The notes under the pieces were generated by a model. The model had not been told where the DNA came from, ran no database searches, and saw only the letters and a program-made list of their open reading frames with translations. Of a stretch of DNA of 52,648 nt, positions 10,070 to 19,152 are shown piece after piece (position 1 is the stretch's first letter; each line of letters begins with the position of its first letter). The stretch is from Candidatus Woesearchaeota archaeon (GTDB taxonomy: Archaea; Nanobdellota; Nanobdellia; Pacearchaeales; GW2011-AR1). The stretch is taken from NCBI GenBank assembly GCA_964576755.1, contig CAZNUV010000001.1, positions 106,883 to 159,530 on the forward strand, given 5' to 3'. A program made the translations under genes and the position numbers.

Positions 10070-11377
10070 TTATTCTCTTTCGGGAATTAATTTTAATATT
10101 TCCTTTATGGGCATGCAGAATTCCTCAGATTCATATGCTCTTTCATTTTTTAATATAGATTCTGCGGTCTTTTTCATAGCTGGATAAGCACTTCTTAATA
10201 AATGATTGGCATAGATAACCATATTTGCTCCAATTTCTTTTAATTCTTTTTCAGCCATGTGGCTATAAGTGGTAGGAACAACTACTAAGGGAACCTTATT
10301 TTCAAATTTTGAATATTCTCTACAAAATTCAAGAAGTTCTATTGGTTGTTTTTCCTTACTATGGATCATTATTGCATCTGCACCAGCCTTAATATATGAT
10401 TGAGATCTAGTTAAAGCATCATAAACTCCTTTTCCTAAAATTAAACTTTCTATTCTTGCAATAATCATAAAATCATTATTTAATTGCGCTTTTTTTCCTT
10501 GAGATATTTTATGAGAAAATGCCTCTATACTGTCTTGTGTTTGTTCTACTTCTGTCCCAAATAAAGAGTTTCTTTTTAATCCAATTTTGTCTTCTATAAT
10601 CACTGCCGAGATACCTAACCTTTCTAAAGTTCTTACCATAAAAACGAAATGTTCTGTTTGACCGCCATTATCTCCATCAAAAATTATTGGTTTAGTTGTT
10701 GATTCTAATATCTGATCTATTGTAGATAAACGGGAAGTTAAATCAACAACCCCTATATCTGGTTTTCCTTTTGCAATAGAATCAGTTAAACTACTAATCC
10801 ACATTCCATCAAATTCCTTTTTAAAACTATCTCCTTCAACAAAAGCATTTTCAACAATTAATGCGGTTATTCCATTATGGGCCTCTAAAACTCTCACAAT
10901 TTCTTTTGAGTCTAATAATCTTCGCAAGGTTCTGATTCTTATTTCTGGACTGGTCCCTATCTCTTTTAATGACTGATTTAATTGAGTTGAAGAAATTCCT
11001 ATTGTATAAGGGATTTCAACCAACTGCCCCCCCCACTCTTTTAAGGTTTCTATAACTCTTTCCCTAATTTGTTTTTGTACCCCTGTTTTCCAATCATCTC
11101 CATGAACCACATAATCGGGCCTTATTTTTCTTAAATTAGGGATATAATCTAAAGTTTCTTGAGGGATAACCTCTTCAACACCCTTAATATTCTTTACAAT
11201 TATTTTTCTTTGTTCAAAATTCATATGGGGTAATCTTTTATAACTTGCAATTGCTTTATCCGTTAATAAACCAATAACTACTCTGCCTAATTTTCTTGCT
11301 CCGTCAATTATGTTTAAATGTCCCGGGTGTAATAAATCGGCACTCATCCCAACATAAACTATTTTTTCTTGTAACAT
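10070..11377 (-). CDS. aepX: Phosphoenolpyruvate mutase with N-terminal cytidylyltransferase domain
   Basis: N-terminal DLLHPGH (HxGH) and HGDDW; PepM catalytic motif [10 protein letters not shown] (EDKx5NS); ARIES, YANHLLR. Confidence 0.95.
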   Translation of the reverse strand: MLQEKIVYVGMSADLLHPGHLNIIDGARKLGRVVIGLLTDKAIASYKRLPHMNFEQRKIIVKNIKGVEEVIPQETLDYIPNLRKIRPDYVVHGDDWKTGVQKQIRERVIETLKEWGGQLVEIPYTIGISSTQLNQSLKEIGTSPEIRIRTLRRLLDSKEIVRVLEAHNGITALIVENAFVEGDSFKKEFDGMWISSLTDSIAKGKPDIGVVDLTSRLSTIDQILESTTKPIIFDGDNGGQTEHFVFMVRTLERLGISAVIIEDKIGLKRNSLFGTEVEQTQDSIEAFSHKISQGKKAQLNNDFMIIARIESLILGKGVYDALTRSQSYIKAGADAIMIHSKEKQPIELLEFCREYSKFENKVPLVVVPTTYSHMAEKELKEIGANMVIYANHLLRSAYPAMKKTAESILKNERAYESEEFCMPIKEILKLIPERE

Positions 11378-11379
11378 TT

Positions 11380-12786
11380 TTAGTACTTTCCTTTTTCAAA
11401 TCTTTTTTCCCTTGTATCTTTTTTATTATAATCATAATTAAATTTAGCAACAAGCTTCTGAACTTCTTCTGCCTTAAATTCAGGAGTATTAATGTTTCCT
11501 ATTTTATATAGCTGATCATTTGTTGTTATTCCTTTACGCAAATAACCCTCTTCCCTACATATTTTCAATAATTCAGAGCCAACTAGGGGGGTTGCAAGAA
11601 AAAATGAGGCCGTATCAAAACCACAATCCTTAACAAAATTATAGGTTTCATACATCTGTTCAATAGTTTCTCCGGGAATTCCACAGATGTTGAATGCATG
11701 AACTTTTATTCCTAATTGTTTTGCCTTTAGCACAAGCGGTTTAACTCGATTTAAATCTAATGGTTTTTTTATTAAATTACTTAAAACGTACTGATTGCCA
11801 CTTTCAATGGCAAATGTCAGTTGATAACAACCCGATTTTTTCATTTCCTCAAGAAGTTCTTCATCTAATGCCCACACAGCTATTCCTTGAGGAACGCACC
11901 ATTTTATATTCATCTCTTGCAATCCTTTTACAATTTTTATTGCTCTTTCTTTATTTAATGTTAAATTATCATCTGTAAACTGAATTTCGTCAATATTATA
12001 TTTCTCTTTTAACTCTTTTATCTCCCTAAGCACATTTTCGGAGGTTCTACCCCTATAACGATTTCCCCAAAAATTTGTTGTTGTGCAGAAAACACATCTT
12101 GCCGGACAGCCCCTTGATGTAATTATTTGTATTACTCTTTTTCCTTCAGGATAGGGGTTTTGTGGAATATTGATCTCAAAATATTTTTCCATGTTTAGAA
12201 GATGCCTTGCTGGAACTGGGAGAGTATTTACATCCCCCACATATTCAAGAGCATCATTAATGAAATTTTGACTATTTATTCTGTATGCAAGACCACCAAT
12301 TTTTGAAATATCCTCGTCTACATTAAGAGCATTAAGAAGCTTTAATGTAGGTATTTCTCCTTCTCCCATTATTATGTAATCCACATAATCTAATTGAATC
12401 ACATTTTCAATATCATATGTTGGGTGGGAACCCCCTATTAATGTAATTATGTTCTTGTTTAATTCCTTTGTAAGTTTTAAAATAGCTTTTGCATTTTCAT
12501 ATTGCGTTGAAAAAATACATGAGACTCCAACAACATCCGGATTAAATTCTTTAATATTTTTTTTTATTTCTTCATCACTTAAACCATAAGTTACAAATTC
12601 TCCGTGTTCTTTTAGGTTATGATAACCTTCTATTGCAACATCGATTATTTTTACTTCATAACCTTCTTTTTCCAAAAAAGCTGCTATAGAAGCAAGACCC
12701 ATTGGAGTAACTGCTCTTCTGATATCGTTTTTATACAAAGTATATCTCGGAGTCATTAATAAAATTTTATTTATTTTTCTTTTCAT
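11380..12786 (-). CDS. Cobalamin-binding radical SAM protein (class B methyltransferase-like)
   Basis: [20 protein letters not shown]12-binding domain; [11 protein letters not shown] cluster motif; IESG, GIPGET. Confidence 0.9.
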   Translation of the reverse strand: MKRKINKILLMTPRYTLYKNDIRRAVTPMGLASIAAFLEKEGYEVKIIDVAIEGYHNLKEHGEFVTYGLSDEEIKKNIKEFNPDVVGVSCIFSTQYENAKAILKLTKELNKNIITLIGGSHPTYDIENVIQLDYVDYIIMGEGEIPTLKLLNALNVDEDISKIGGLAYRINSQNFINDALEYVGDVNTLPVPARHLLNMEKYFEINIPQNPYPEGKRVIQIITSRGCPARCVFCTTTNFWGNRYRGRTSENVLREIKELKEKYNIDEIQFTDDNLTLNKERAIKIVKGLQEMNIKWCVPQGIAVWALDEELLEEMKKSGCYQLTFAIESGNQYVLSNLIKKPLDLNRVKPLVLKAKQLGIKVHAFNICGIPGETIEQMYETYNFVKDCGFDTASFFLATPLVGSELLKICREEGYLRKGITTNDQLYKIGNINTPEFKAEEVQKLVAKFNYDYNKKDTREKRFEKGKY

Positions 12787-13328
12787 GTTTTTTCTTCCTT
12801 TTTTTTATTCTTTAAAATTTTTTCCAAAATTTTTTCGTTGGATAGTCTTTCATAAAAGTCATAATTTATAATTTCAACTCCCAACCTTTTAATCTGGTCC
12901 TGGCCTGGTGCTTTTTTCCAATTTGAACCATAAACAGCAATTAATTTTGCATTTGGAAACTGCTGTTTAATTTTTTTTAAGTTTTCAATCGGCTCAAGGA
13001 TATCCTGAGGCATAACCATATCTACACACCTTAAATTAGAAATTATTGCTTTCCTTTCATTAAAATTAGCAATAGGTTCTCCTTTATAAGATTTTACAGC
13101 TTCATCAGTGATAACTCCACAAATATGAAAATCTCCTAGTTCATTTGCTTTTTCTAAAATTTGTAAATGCCCATAATGAAATAGATCTCCAATAATTGGG
13201 GTGTAAACAACTATTCTTACTTTCTCTTGTTGAATATTCACAATATCTCCATTTTTTATTCCAGAACCTTTAGGAATAGTAACACATAACTGCCCATTAG
13301 ATTTATTCTTCCAAACTATCTTTTTCAT
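12783..13328 (-). CDS. AbrB/MazE-like N-terminal domain fused to HxGH cytidylyltransferase
   Basis: N-terminus ...NGQLCVTIPKGSGIKNGDIVNI resembles a swapped-hairpin domain; then GDLFHYGH and F.ER...I..LRCVD.V (TagD-like). Confidence 0.75.
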   Translation of the reverse strand: MKKIVWKNKSNGQLCVTIPKGSGIKNGDIVNIQQEKVRIVVYTPIIGDLFHYGHLQILEKANELGDFHICGVITDEAVKSYKGEPIANFNERKAIISNLRCVDMVMPQDILEPIENLKKIKQQFPNAKLIAVYGSNWKKAPGQDQIKRLGVEIINYDFYERLSNEKILEKILKNKKKEEKT

Positions 13329-13331
13329 TTA

Positions 13332-13357
13332 TTACTAGTGTTACTAGTGTTTATAAA
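13332..13357 (-). promoter_or_regulatory. TATA box plus tandem TTACTAGTG operator-like repeats for the phosphonate operon
   Basis: TTTATAAA at 13350-13357, 22-29 nt upstream of ATG 13328; TTACTAGTG twice (13332-13340, 13341-13349), each with an ACTAGT palindrome. Confidence 0.55.
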
Positions 13358-13429
13358 TATTTCTAAAATAGAGGATTGTTCCTCAGTAATAACGCATAAT
13401 TTTAAATATCTCGGGGTCTGAATAAAAAT

Positions 13430-14170
13430 ATGGTTTCAATAAAAGAATTAAGAAAAATCTGTGTCCCAAAATATAAAACAAAGCCTCCTTGGAGGATATT
13501 ATTTGCAAGGAAAGTTTCTATCTATTTTACATGGTTATTTATCAAAACCCCCTTAGTTCCAAATCAAATAACCTTTATGATGTTGGTATTGGGCATTATT
13601 GTAGGAATTCTTTTTATGTTTGGAAACTATTTTTATTCTTTGATTGCAATCCTACTATTTCAATTAGCTTTTTTCATAGATTGCTCTGATGGGGAAGTTG
13701 CAAGATGGAAAAAAATGGAGTCTTCTAGAGGTTTTTATCTTGATTTAATGACTCATATCATTGTTAATCCATTGATTATAATTGGAATTTCTATAGGGGC
13801 TTTTATAAATAATCCTACAATTATTCCAAATTATGTTTTTTTAATAGTTGGAGGTATTGCGACATATAGTTTAATGATAAATAATTTTGTAAAATTAAAA
13901 AAGTATGAAGTTTATATTAAATTAAACGAATTTGAAAAATTAAAGAGTCTTGATAAAAGAATTGACGCAGAAGAAGACGATAACAGCAATAAAATTAAAA
14001 ATGAAATAACCGGGTTTTTTAAAATAAGTATATTTGATGCGCTTTTTGTTTTTGGAGTCTTGAACTTATTACCCTATCTAGTTTTATTATACGGAATCCT
14101 TTTCCCATTACAAGCAATAAAAAGGTTTTATTCTGAATTTAAATCTGAAAAGAGTGTGATTCCTTATTAA
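13430..14170 (+). CDS. CDP-alcohol phosphotransferase family membrane protein
   Basis: PNQIT and DCSDGEVAR...G.YLD signature; multiple TM segments. Confidence 0.9.
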   Translation: MVSIKELRKICVPKYKTKPPWRILFARKVSIYFTWLFIKTPLVPNQITFMMLVLGIIVGILFMFGNYFYSLIAILLFQLAFFIDCSDGEVARWKKMESSRGFYLDLMTHIIVNPLIIIGISIGAFINNPTIIPNYVFLIVGGIATYSLMINNFVKLKKYEVYIKLNEFEKLKSLDKRIDAEEDDNSNKIKNEITGFFKISIFDALFVFGVLNLLPYLVLLYGILFPLQAIKRFYSEFKSEKSVIPY

Positions 14171-14622
14171 CTAAACTCTTTTTTCTTTTTATTTCTTACT
14201 AAAATGTATATTTCAGAGAATTTTGAATACCATAAATCATGTTGATAAAAAATATCTATGTAATCTAAAACCATGTGAAGAAAAACCCCTAAAAACATCA
14301 GGAAAAATAACACATTAAAATAAGATAAAATTATCAAGAGTAACATAAACTCAATCCCGTGAAACATAAAAAATGTTATTTTATGTTTCTGTTTTTCTTT
14401 GTAAGGAAGCATTCTCCACCTACGGCCTCGTTGGATGTTCCATAGATAAGCTTTTTTTATACTAAAATCCCTGTTTTTAAAAACATAATTCAAATAATGA
14501 TCTACATCAAATAAAAATGAAGACAAAAAAATAATTGAACAGGCTAAAAAACTAAATTCAAAGAAAAAATAAAAAATACAAGAAAAAATAAATCCATACA
14601 AAATATGCCATTTAGGATACAT
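14167..14622 (-). CDS. Membrane-bound metal-dependent hydrolase-like protein (YdjM/YbcI-like)
   Basis: N-terminal His, DVDH, FH, H..LD pattern in a hydrophobic protein. Confidence 0.5.
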   Translation of the reverse strand: MYPKWHILYGFIFSCIFYFFFEFSFLACSIIFLSSFLFDVDHYLNYVFKNRDFSIKKAYLWNIQRGRRWRMLPYKEKQKHKITFFMFHGIEFMLLLIILSYFNVLFFLMFLGVFLHMVLDYIDIFYQHDLWYSKFSEIYILVRNKKKKEFS

Positions 14623-14626
14623 TTGA

Positions 14627-16144
14627 TTAATTAGAAAGTTTTTTAATTATGTCTGCAAATGCGGGTCTTGTTATTAAAACTCCAGTAGTTATTCCAATTA
14701 AAGTTGTAACTGCAAATCCTTTTAAAAGTCCTGCTCCAGCCCAATAAAGAGGAAGAAGAGCTACTACAGTTGTGAAATATGCAGTCATTACAATAAATAA
14801 TGCTTTCTTAATTCTCTCTTTAATACTCTCAGAAGTATTTCTAGATTCATCTAAAATAACAATTAAATGATCTACTCCTGTTCCTATTGTGGCAATTATT
14901 CCTGCAATACTTGGTAAGTCTAAATTCCAATTAATTAATGAAGCAAATCCTAAAATTATCACCACTTCAGATATAGACGCTACAAGTAATGCTAAAGAAA
15001 TTTTCCAACTTCTATACCTAATTAAAATAACTAAAGAGACTGCAATTAATGCGAATAATCCTGCTAAGAAAATTTTTCTTATGAAACCTTGGCCTAATAC
15101 TGGAGATATCTGATCTGTTTTTACAATTTTTAATTTAAATGGTAAACTTCCTGTAATTAAAACTGTCTGAAGTTTTTTCATATCTTGTTGAGCATTATCA
15201 TATGCTTCTTTTTGAGTTGTACCTGAACCAGAACCTTGAATAGAATGTTGAGTTACATCGCTTCCTTGAAGATCTTTACTTATTAAAAGAGAATCAGTCA
15301 TTATATCATCTAGATAAAAATCAATTGTTTTTTCTAGATAGGCTGGATTTGTTGCATTTATTGGAATATTTTTTGTAACCTGAGCATAATTCTCTGCAGC
15401 ATCTACACTTAAAGAAATCGCAAATCTGAATAAACAAACCCATTGTTCTTCTGAACTTTGCCTACAATCATAAATTCCAGAATCTTGCCCGCTTCTAGCA
15501 ACATAAGTTATATCTTCATCTCCTCCTCGAAAGACAGTGTCATTTCCAATTTTTGCTTCAAATTTTCCTTGTTTAGCAATTAAATCTTGTAAATCTGAAG
15601 GGGTTGAACCTGCAATTTCAACAAGCATATAATTATTTCCAGACAAATCAGAAACTCTTTTAAGTTTTACATCACTTAAACCATAGATATTTAATCTTTC
15701 CTGGGATACTGCAATTAAATCTTCAACTTCAGAATTTGTAAGTTTTTCTTCAGAACCAACCAATGCACGTGCACCTCCACGAATATCTAATCCTGTCTGT
15801 ATCCTTGTAAAAGGTATTTCTTCTAATTGAATCTGGTCTACAATCTCTGCTGAAAATAAATTAATTATCTCAACTTCTTTAGTTTTTATATCTAATTTAT
15901 GTTCTTGTAAATCTGAAAATATAGACATAGAATTTGAATAATCTTCAATGGTTTCTATTGTCTGACCATTAATCTCTTGTATAATCATTCCAGCTCTTAG
16001 ACCTAAATCAAAAACTGATGAATTTTGTTCAACTGATTTTACAATAAGCCCTTTTTCTAAAAACTGGGGAGGAATAGAAAAAATAGAAATTAAAGAGAAA
16101 ATTAAAAATGCAATTAACATCCAAATTCTCCAAGTTAATTTCAT
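14627..16144 (-). CDS. secD: Protein translocase subunit SecD
   Basis: GLDIRGG, GSLP, ISPVLG, IAGIIATIGTGVD, LKGFAVTT; start moved to ATG 16144 (MKLTWR) behind a GGAGGT SD. Confidence 0.92.
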   Translation of the reverse strand: MKLTWRIWMLIAFLIFSLISIFSIPPQFLEKGLIVKSVEQNSSVFDLGLRAGMIIQEINGQTIETIEDYSNSMSIFSDLQEHKLDIKTKEVEIINLFSAEIVDQIQLEEIPFTRIQTGLDIRGGARALVGSEEKLTNSEVEDLIAVSQERLNIYGLSDVKLKRVSDLSGNNYMLVEIAGSTPSDLQDLIAKQGKFEAKIGNDTVFRGGDEDITYVARSGQDSGIYDCRQSSEEQWVCLFRFAISLSVDAAENYAQVTKNIPINATNPAYLEKTIDFYLDDIMTDSLLISKDLQGSDVTQHSIQGSGSGTTQKEAYDNAQQDMKKLQTVLITGSLPFKLKIVKTDQISPVLGQGFIRKIFLAGLFALIAVSLVILIRYRSWKISLALLVASISEVVIILGFASLINWNLDLPSIAGIIATIGTGVDHLIVILDESRNTSESIKERIKKALFIVMTAYFTTVVALLPLYWAGAGLLKGFAVTTLIGITTGVLITRPAFADIIKKLSN

Positions 16145-16206
16145 TCTACAAACCTCCTGCGGGTTTCTAGGAGTTCCGGCAACCAAAGAGGTGTTACAAA
16201 TTTCAT
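16141..16206 (-). other. GC-rich structured insert between secF and secD carrying a 21-codon mini-ORF (MKFVTPLWLPELLETRRRFVE)
   Basis: ATGA overlap with the secF stop and with the secD start; AATGAAATT direct repeat at both ends. Confidence 0.5.
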
Positions 16207-17210
16207 TGTTTTACCTCGACATACCATTTAATCAAAGAAGCATTAGTAATCCAGGTATTGAATAGGTCAAACAATAATCCAATTAATAATATTGTGAATA
16301 TCTGAGTTAAAATGGGAGATACACTATAAACAGTTATTAATGCTGCAACTAGTGCAAAGATAGATGTTAGAGTCATTGTTGTTCCTGTTTTAAATGCTCC
16401 AAAAAGTGCTTGTCTAACAGATTCTTTTCTCCTTAACATCCTTGTTGTTAACAATATGTCTGTATCTACAGAATAACCTATCAACATTAAGAATGCCACA
16501 ATTCCTGCTGTAGAAATTTTTAATCCAATTAAATCTACTAAAGCCAAGGTCATTAGAATATCTGCAAAAGCAGAAACAATAACTGCAAAGCTAGGAACAG
16601 AATATTTAATATAAAGATAGAAAATTAAAAGTAATCCTATGAATGGAATTATTAAGTATATCCCTTTTAATAATACAAATAAAATTAAAACAGAGATAGT
16701 CAAAATAGAAACTAAAAGTTTAATCTTAAAAGACTTACTAAAAATTAAAAATACAACTAAGGCCATTAATAAAAATGCAGTAATAAGAGCTATCTGGAGT
16801 TGTACATAAAAGTCTTGACTTAAACTACTTCCAGTAAACTCAATACTTGAATTTTCTTCTGTTAATTTAATTCCAAGATAATCTTCTAAAATTGGAACAA
16901 TTGCATCTGGTTCTTCAGGAACAGTAATTATTACTCTTGTCTGTTGCCCAGTATTATCTGAAATAGCTCTTACTACTAAATCTTCAAATGTTTTTGACAA
17001 CTCTAATTTTAAATCTTCTACAGAAACTGAAGAATCTATAGTAACTGTTGTTCCCCCTGTTAAAGAAACATCTTTATGAATTATATCTTGATTTTGAGAG
17101 TAAAAATATCCTAAATAAACTAGAGATAAAATTAAAAGCAATGCTGGGAAAATCAGTAATTTTTTATAATTCTTATCATACCAATTTCCTAATTTTTCTG
17201 TTTTTGTCAT
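16203..17210 (-). CDS. secF: Protein translocase subunit SecF
   Basis: DVSLTGGT, LMLIGYSVDTDILLTTR, D.FNTW..NA; adjacent to secD. Confidence 0.92.
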   Translation of the reverse strand: MTKTEKLGNWYDKNYKKLLIFPALLLILSLVYLGYFYSQNQDIIHKDVSLTGGTTVTIDSSVSVEDLKLELSKTFEDLVVRAISDNTGQQTRVIITVPEEPDAIVPILEDYLGIKLTEENSSIEFTGSSLSQDFYVQLQIALITAFLLMALVVFLIFSKSFKIKLLVSILTISVLILFVLLKGIYLIIPFIGLLLIFYLYIKYSVPSFAVIVSAFADILMTLALVDLIGLKISTAGIVAFLMLIGYSVDTDILLTTRMLRRKESVRQALFGAFKTGTTMTLTSIFALVAALITVYSVSPILTQIFTILLIGLLFDLFNTWITNASLIKWYVEVKQ

Positions 17211-17225
17211 TTTATTTTAGTAATA

Positions 17226-17296
17226 TGCGCGGGCCGGGACTTGAACCCGGGTCAACTGGTTGGAAGCCAGTTATTCTGCCACTAAACTACCCACGC
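17226..17296 (-). tRNA. tRNA-Gly(TCC)
   Basis: Cloverleaf; anticodon arm ACTGG-CTTCCAA-CCAGT, GTTCAAGTC T-loop; CCA not encoded. Confidence 0.95.
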
Positions 17297-17338
17297 ATAT
17301 TTATTAGATATGCTAGGGGGTTTTTAAAGTTTAAGACA

Positions 17339-17414
17339 TGCCCGAGGTAGGACTTGAACCTACGACTTCCACCTTAGGAGGGTGGCACTCTAATCCAAAC
17401 TGAGTTACTCGGGC
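17339..17414 (-). tRNA. tRNA-Arg(CCT)
   Basis: Anticodon arm CCACC-CTCCTAA-GGTGG; GTTCAAGTC T-loop. Confidence 0.95.
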
Positions 17415-17461
17415 ACATGTCTGTAACAAAATTTAAAAACCATATATAGGTTAAAAAGATT

Positions 17462-17737
17462 ATGATAGTAAGAATATTAGGAATATTTGATATAATTGCA
17501 GCATCAGTAATGTTCTCAATTGCATTTGGAATAAATATTTATCATTGGTTGATTATTTTCTTAGCTGTTGTTTTAATAATCAAAGGATTATTTGTACTGA
17601 CAAAGAGTATTGCTAGTGGATTTGACTTGCTTGGTGCTGTTCTTCTTTTAATTTCTCTTGTAGCTGTAGTCCCAAAATTATTACTTTTAATTTCTGGATT
17701 TTTAATAATTCAAAAAGGATTTTTAAGTCTTATTTAA
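17462..17737 (+). CDS. Small multi-pass membrane protein
   Basis: Hydrophobic 91-aa ORF with repeated KG motifs. Confidence 0.7.
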   Translation: MIVRILGIFDIIAASVMFSIAFGINIYHWLIIFLAVVLIIKGLFVLTKSIASGFDLLGAVLLLISLVAVVPKLLLLISGFLIIQKGFLSLI

Positions 17738-17760
17738 CCACCTATCTTATTAAATAAAGA

Positions 17761-17844
17761 TGAGGGAGAGAGGATTCGGACCCCTGCAGGCATAAAGCCA
17801 ACTGGTCTTGAGCCAGTCCCGTTTGACCGCTCCGGCACTCCCTC
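17761..17844 (-). tRNA. tRNA-Leu(CAA)
   Basis: Anticodon arm ACTGG-CTCAAGA-CCAGT; long variable arm; T-loop reads TCCGAAT. Confidence 0.9.
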
Positions 17845-17928
17845 ACATAATTGAACATAATTCAAGTGTTTAAAATTCTTTGGATTGTAAAAAGAGAAGC
17901 TTTATAAAGTCAGAATTTGTATGAATTT

Positions 17929-18040
<112 letters not shown>

Positions 18041-18127
18041 CTTTTTTTTATATTTTTATTATATTTATCAAACAAATGATACATTTCTATAAAATAATTA
18101 TTATAAACTACTATAACCTGTTTAAAA

Positions 18128-18325
18128 TTAGAACTTCTTAAACTTATTAACCAATTTTAAAGAATCAGTCTGACCTAAAAATGCTGCTCTGCAACAATAT
18201 CTTTCTACTCCAAGTTCATCAAGTACTTTTGCAGCTTCTTCTCCTGCTTCTACTTTATCTTGGAATTTTTTCCATAAATGGGCAATTGGTTTGCCACATG
18301 AAAAACATCTAATAGGGATTATCAT
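18128..18325 (-). CDS. rpoN: DNA-directed RNA polymerase subunit N (Rpo10)
   Basis: MIIPIRCFSCGK...RYCCR. Confidence 0.97.
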   Translation of the reverse strand: MIIPIRCFSCGKPIAHLWKKFQDKVEAGEEAAKVLDELGVERYCCRAAFLGQTDSLKLVNKFKKF

Positions 18326-18376
18326 ATTAATTTCAGAGACAATGCATTTTTAAAGCTTTTGTTCATATATAAAAAT

Positions 18377-19141
18377 ATGAAAAAGAGTAATAAAACAAAT
18401 TCTCTTTTAAGAGCAAAGAAAAAAGGAAAAGATGTGATTCGACTTAATGAAGTCTTCAAAATCTATAAGATGGGAGAGACTGAAGTAAAAGCTGTTGCAG
18501 GAATAAGTCTAGAAATAAAAGAAGGTGAATTTGTCGCAATCATGGGTCCTTCTGGTTCTGGAAAATCTACTAGTATGAATTTAATAGGAAGTCTTGATAC
18601 TCCTACAAAAGGAGAGATTTATTTAGACCACCATAATATTTCACATTTAGAAGAATCGGATTTAGCCCAGATTCGTGGGAAAAAAATAGGTTTTATTTTT
18701 CAACAGTTTAATTTAATCCCAAATCTAACTGCAAAAGAAAATGTAATGCTTCCTATGATGTTCCAAAATGTTAGTACAGAAGCAAGAGAAAAAGAAGCTG
18801 AACGATTATTAACAATGATAGAACTTGGAGATAGAATGGACCATTATCCTAATCAACTTTCTGGGGGACAGCAACAAAGGGTTGCAATTGCAAGAGCACT
18901 TGCAAATGATCCTGAAGTTGTTTTAGCAGATGAACCTACTGGAAATCTAGATACAAAAAGCGGTGGAAAGGTAATTGAGTTTTTAGAAGCATTACATAAA
19001 AAAGGAAAAACAATAATTATGGTTACACACGACCCAGAATTAGCAAAACTTCATGCAGAAAAAATCTACTGGTTGGTTGACGGATTAATAAATAAAGTCA
19101 CAAAGAAGAAAAACAATAAATGGGTTGAAATAAAAAATTAA
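18377..19141 (+). CDS. MacB/LolD-type ABC transporter ATP-binding protein
   Basis: GPSGSGKS, LSGGQQQRV, LADEPTGNLD, VTHD; first ATG at 18377. Confidence 0.93.
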   Translation: MKKSNKTNSLLRAKKKGKDVIRLNEVFKIYKMGETEVKAVAGISLEIKEGEFVAIMGPSGSGKSTSMNLIGSLDTPTKGEIYLDHHNISHLEESDLAQIRGKKIGFIFQQFNLIPNLTAKENVMLPMMFQNVSTEAREKEAERLLTMIELGDRMDHYPNQLSGGQQQRVAIARALANDPEVVLADEPTGNLDTKSGGKVIEFLEALHKKGKTIIMVTHDPELAKLHAEKIYWLVDGLINKVTKKKNNKWVEIKN

Positions 19142-19152
19142 GATGAAGATTT

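Noticed and set aside
7769-11377. 2-aminoethylphosphonate or methylphosphonate pathway
   Set aside because: No AepZ/PhnW transaminase and no HEPD/MpnS cupin seen; the reductase points to HEP
7769-13328. Complete fosfomycin antibiotic cluster
   Set aside because: No FomD, Fom4/HppE epoxidase or FomA/FomB resistance kinases recognisable in the window; context is flippase and glycosyltransferases
16145-16186. N-terminal extension of SecD given in the ORF track (MVAGTPRNPQEVCR)
   Set aside because: Non-ATG start inside the GC-rich insert; ATG 16144 has an SD and begins the TM segment
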